NCBI GenBank assembly: GCA_043228905.1
Contig: JBHGNT010000015.1
Coordinates: forward strand, 930,001-994,000
DNA: 64,000 nt
Direction of reading: 5' to 3'
Origin: Azolla caroliniana
Taxonomy: Eukaryota; Plantae; Polypodiophyta
The first letter of the stretch is position 1, and every line of letters starts with the position of its first letter. The position numbers and the translations under genes were made by a program. Shown one piece after another: positions 62,350 through 64,000 of the stretch. The notes beneath the pieces were generated by a model that saw only the letters and a list, made by a program, of their open reading frames with translations, was not told the DNA's origin and made no database searches.

Positions 62350-63900
62350 AATTCACCTTCCGAAACCCAACCTTAGAACACAATAGAATTGCTTCGAGTG
62401 ATGATAATGCTTGTGATTGAATAATTGGGAATTAATCTTAATGATTGTACCGACACACTTTCTCCTCTCCCAGGCCTTCTCTTTACATCAACACACATGC
62501 GTACTTGTAGACACACATTATATCTCATAAGAATAATTTCTTTAGGACTGCAATTATTCTTGTTGGTGGGATCTCCAAATGGGAAAAATGAGTGAGGCTT
62601 TATATCGTACATAAGAATTATGTGAGTGGTAGTTATGAAGTTACACCGTGGCGTGAAGAAAAATTGTTGTGAGTAGCTAGTAGGTTTCCTAACATATCAT
62701 CAAACCAACACAAGGTTACAATAGCACCTAAAGTCTCTCCTTAGGACACCTCTAATGTATGTACACGATACACTTGAGTTGAGTACCTCCTTGTTATATT
62801 GTAAACAAAGTGCATCGAAAGGCTCGATCAAAGGCACTCAACCTCGATCATACTCAATCCAAAATTTAACGTTCATTTCTCCCTCCATCAACACATCCAC
62901 AAATTCATTCACATACAAAACACAAGTCTATAGACTTGCGTGCGTATCTAAAAGAACTTAATTTTGATCGTTGTCCACCAAAATAAAAACACAATCAAGC
63001 TTACTATGGAACCACAATCAAGCCTAAAGTGAGTGGAACATAATCCAACTCCAATAATATGAAGTGATAAAACCATGAAGTATCATGCCCAAATGACCCA
63101 ACATATTCACCATCATCAACACATCTATGCAATCAATTCATAACTGAAAAACCAATTTTTATACATCACAATGATTATGCCTGTACCAAAGATCATAAAG
63201 CGAGACATTAACACTAAAAACCCACAACAGAATGCCATGCCATGGTATGTGGGCATGTGACATTAGGTTGCATGGCTATATGATGCACAAGCTTTCATTC
63301 ATGTCTTAAGACTGAGGAGCCATCCTTGACATTAACACTTCAAATTCCAGGGTTGAAGTGGGATGTTAAAAGCTATGGCATTCAAGCCATGTTTTGCCAA
63401 CTATCTAAGAGAAAATTGATTAGGTTAAGGTCATTTGGGCGATGGTTAGCTATAATGCAATTTGATATCATGACAATATGAGGCTTTTAATATAAGAAAT
63501 TATTAACACACACGAATTGGTGATGATGGATTTTTTTTGGTTAGTATGGCAGGGTTTCTCCCTTATGTGTTTTTGTAAATCATCAAAGGAAGCTATAGGA
63601 GTGACTTCATATCCAGAGAGTAATTTGTCCTCAAGGTTTGGTCACATTTGGTGACCAAGAGCCTAGAGGTGCTCAATTGTTCTGATGATTGATTTTTACA
63701 CACCACATTGTGAATGTTTAATCATTGATTTTACAACCCTTGCTAGAAAGAATCCACTATGTGAGGTACCCCCTTCACGAATCTGTCATTGCTACATATA
63801 ATTAATTAGAAAGGATTGTTTCATTCATTTTCAGATTTATGAGGTTGATTCGATATCACGTAAACAAAAAAGAAAAGAAAAAACAAATATACGAACTAAA
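62350..63900 (-). mobile_element. Highly degenerate Ty3/gypsy RNaseH-integrase relic
   Basis: Only scattered motif traces: VGHLGM..YYW near 63100-63050 and LDCVFILVD near 63000-62970. Confidence 0.4.
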
Positions 63901-64000
63901 ATTTGTTGCTAAGTGATCGATAAATGGAGAGATTAAGCTTGCAGTATATTCTGTGAGATTACTTTATGCCTTCACGTATTACAAAGAGGTTTGCTGTGTT

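Overview
Eukaryotic, intron-rich land-plant nuclear DNA. It is most likely a fern with a fairly compact genome; this is an inference from fern-type matK and chlB plastid insertions, as chlB is absent from angiosperm plastomes. The first 45 kb holds seven apparently intact genes: the 3' end of eIF3j, an intronless low-complexity orphan, a CBS-CBS-PB1 protein, a GIL1/IRKI-like protein, PIG-M, gamma-tubulin complex GCP6 and the mitochondrial carrier ADNT1. They are separated by copia and LINE relics, microsatellites and small tandem duplications. The last ~16 kb has no intact gene. It is a patchwork of intron-retaining, deletion-riddled fragments of unrelated host genes (purH/ATIC, TRAPPC11, a FEI-like LRR receptor kinase), LINE and gypsy relics, a near-perfect ~120-nt hairpin and plastid DNA insertions (matK, chlB, rpoC1). 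All family assignments come from motif recognition by eye, with no database search, and exon boundaries were read manually.
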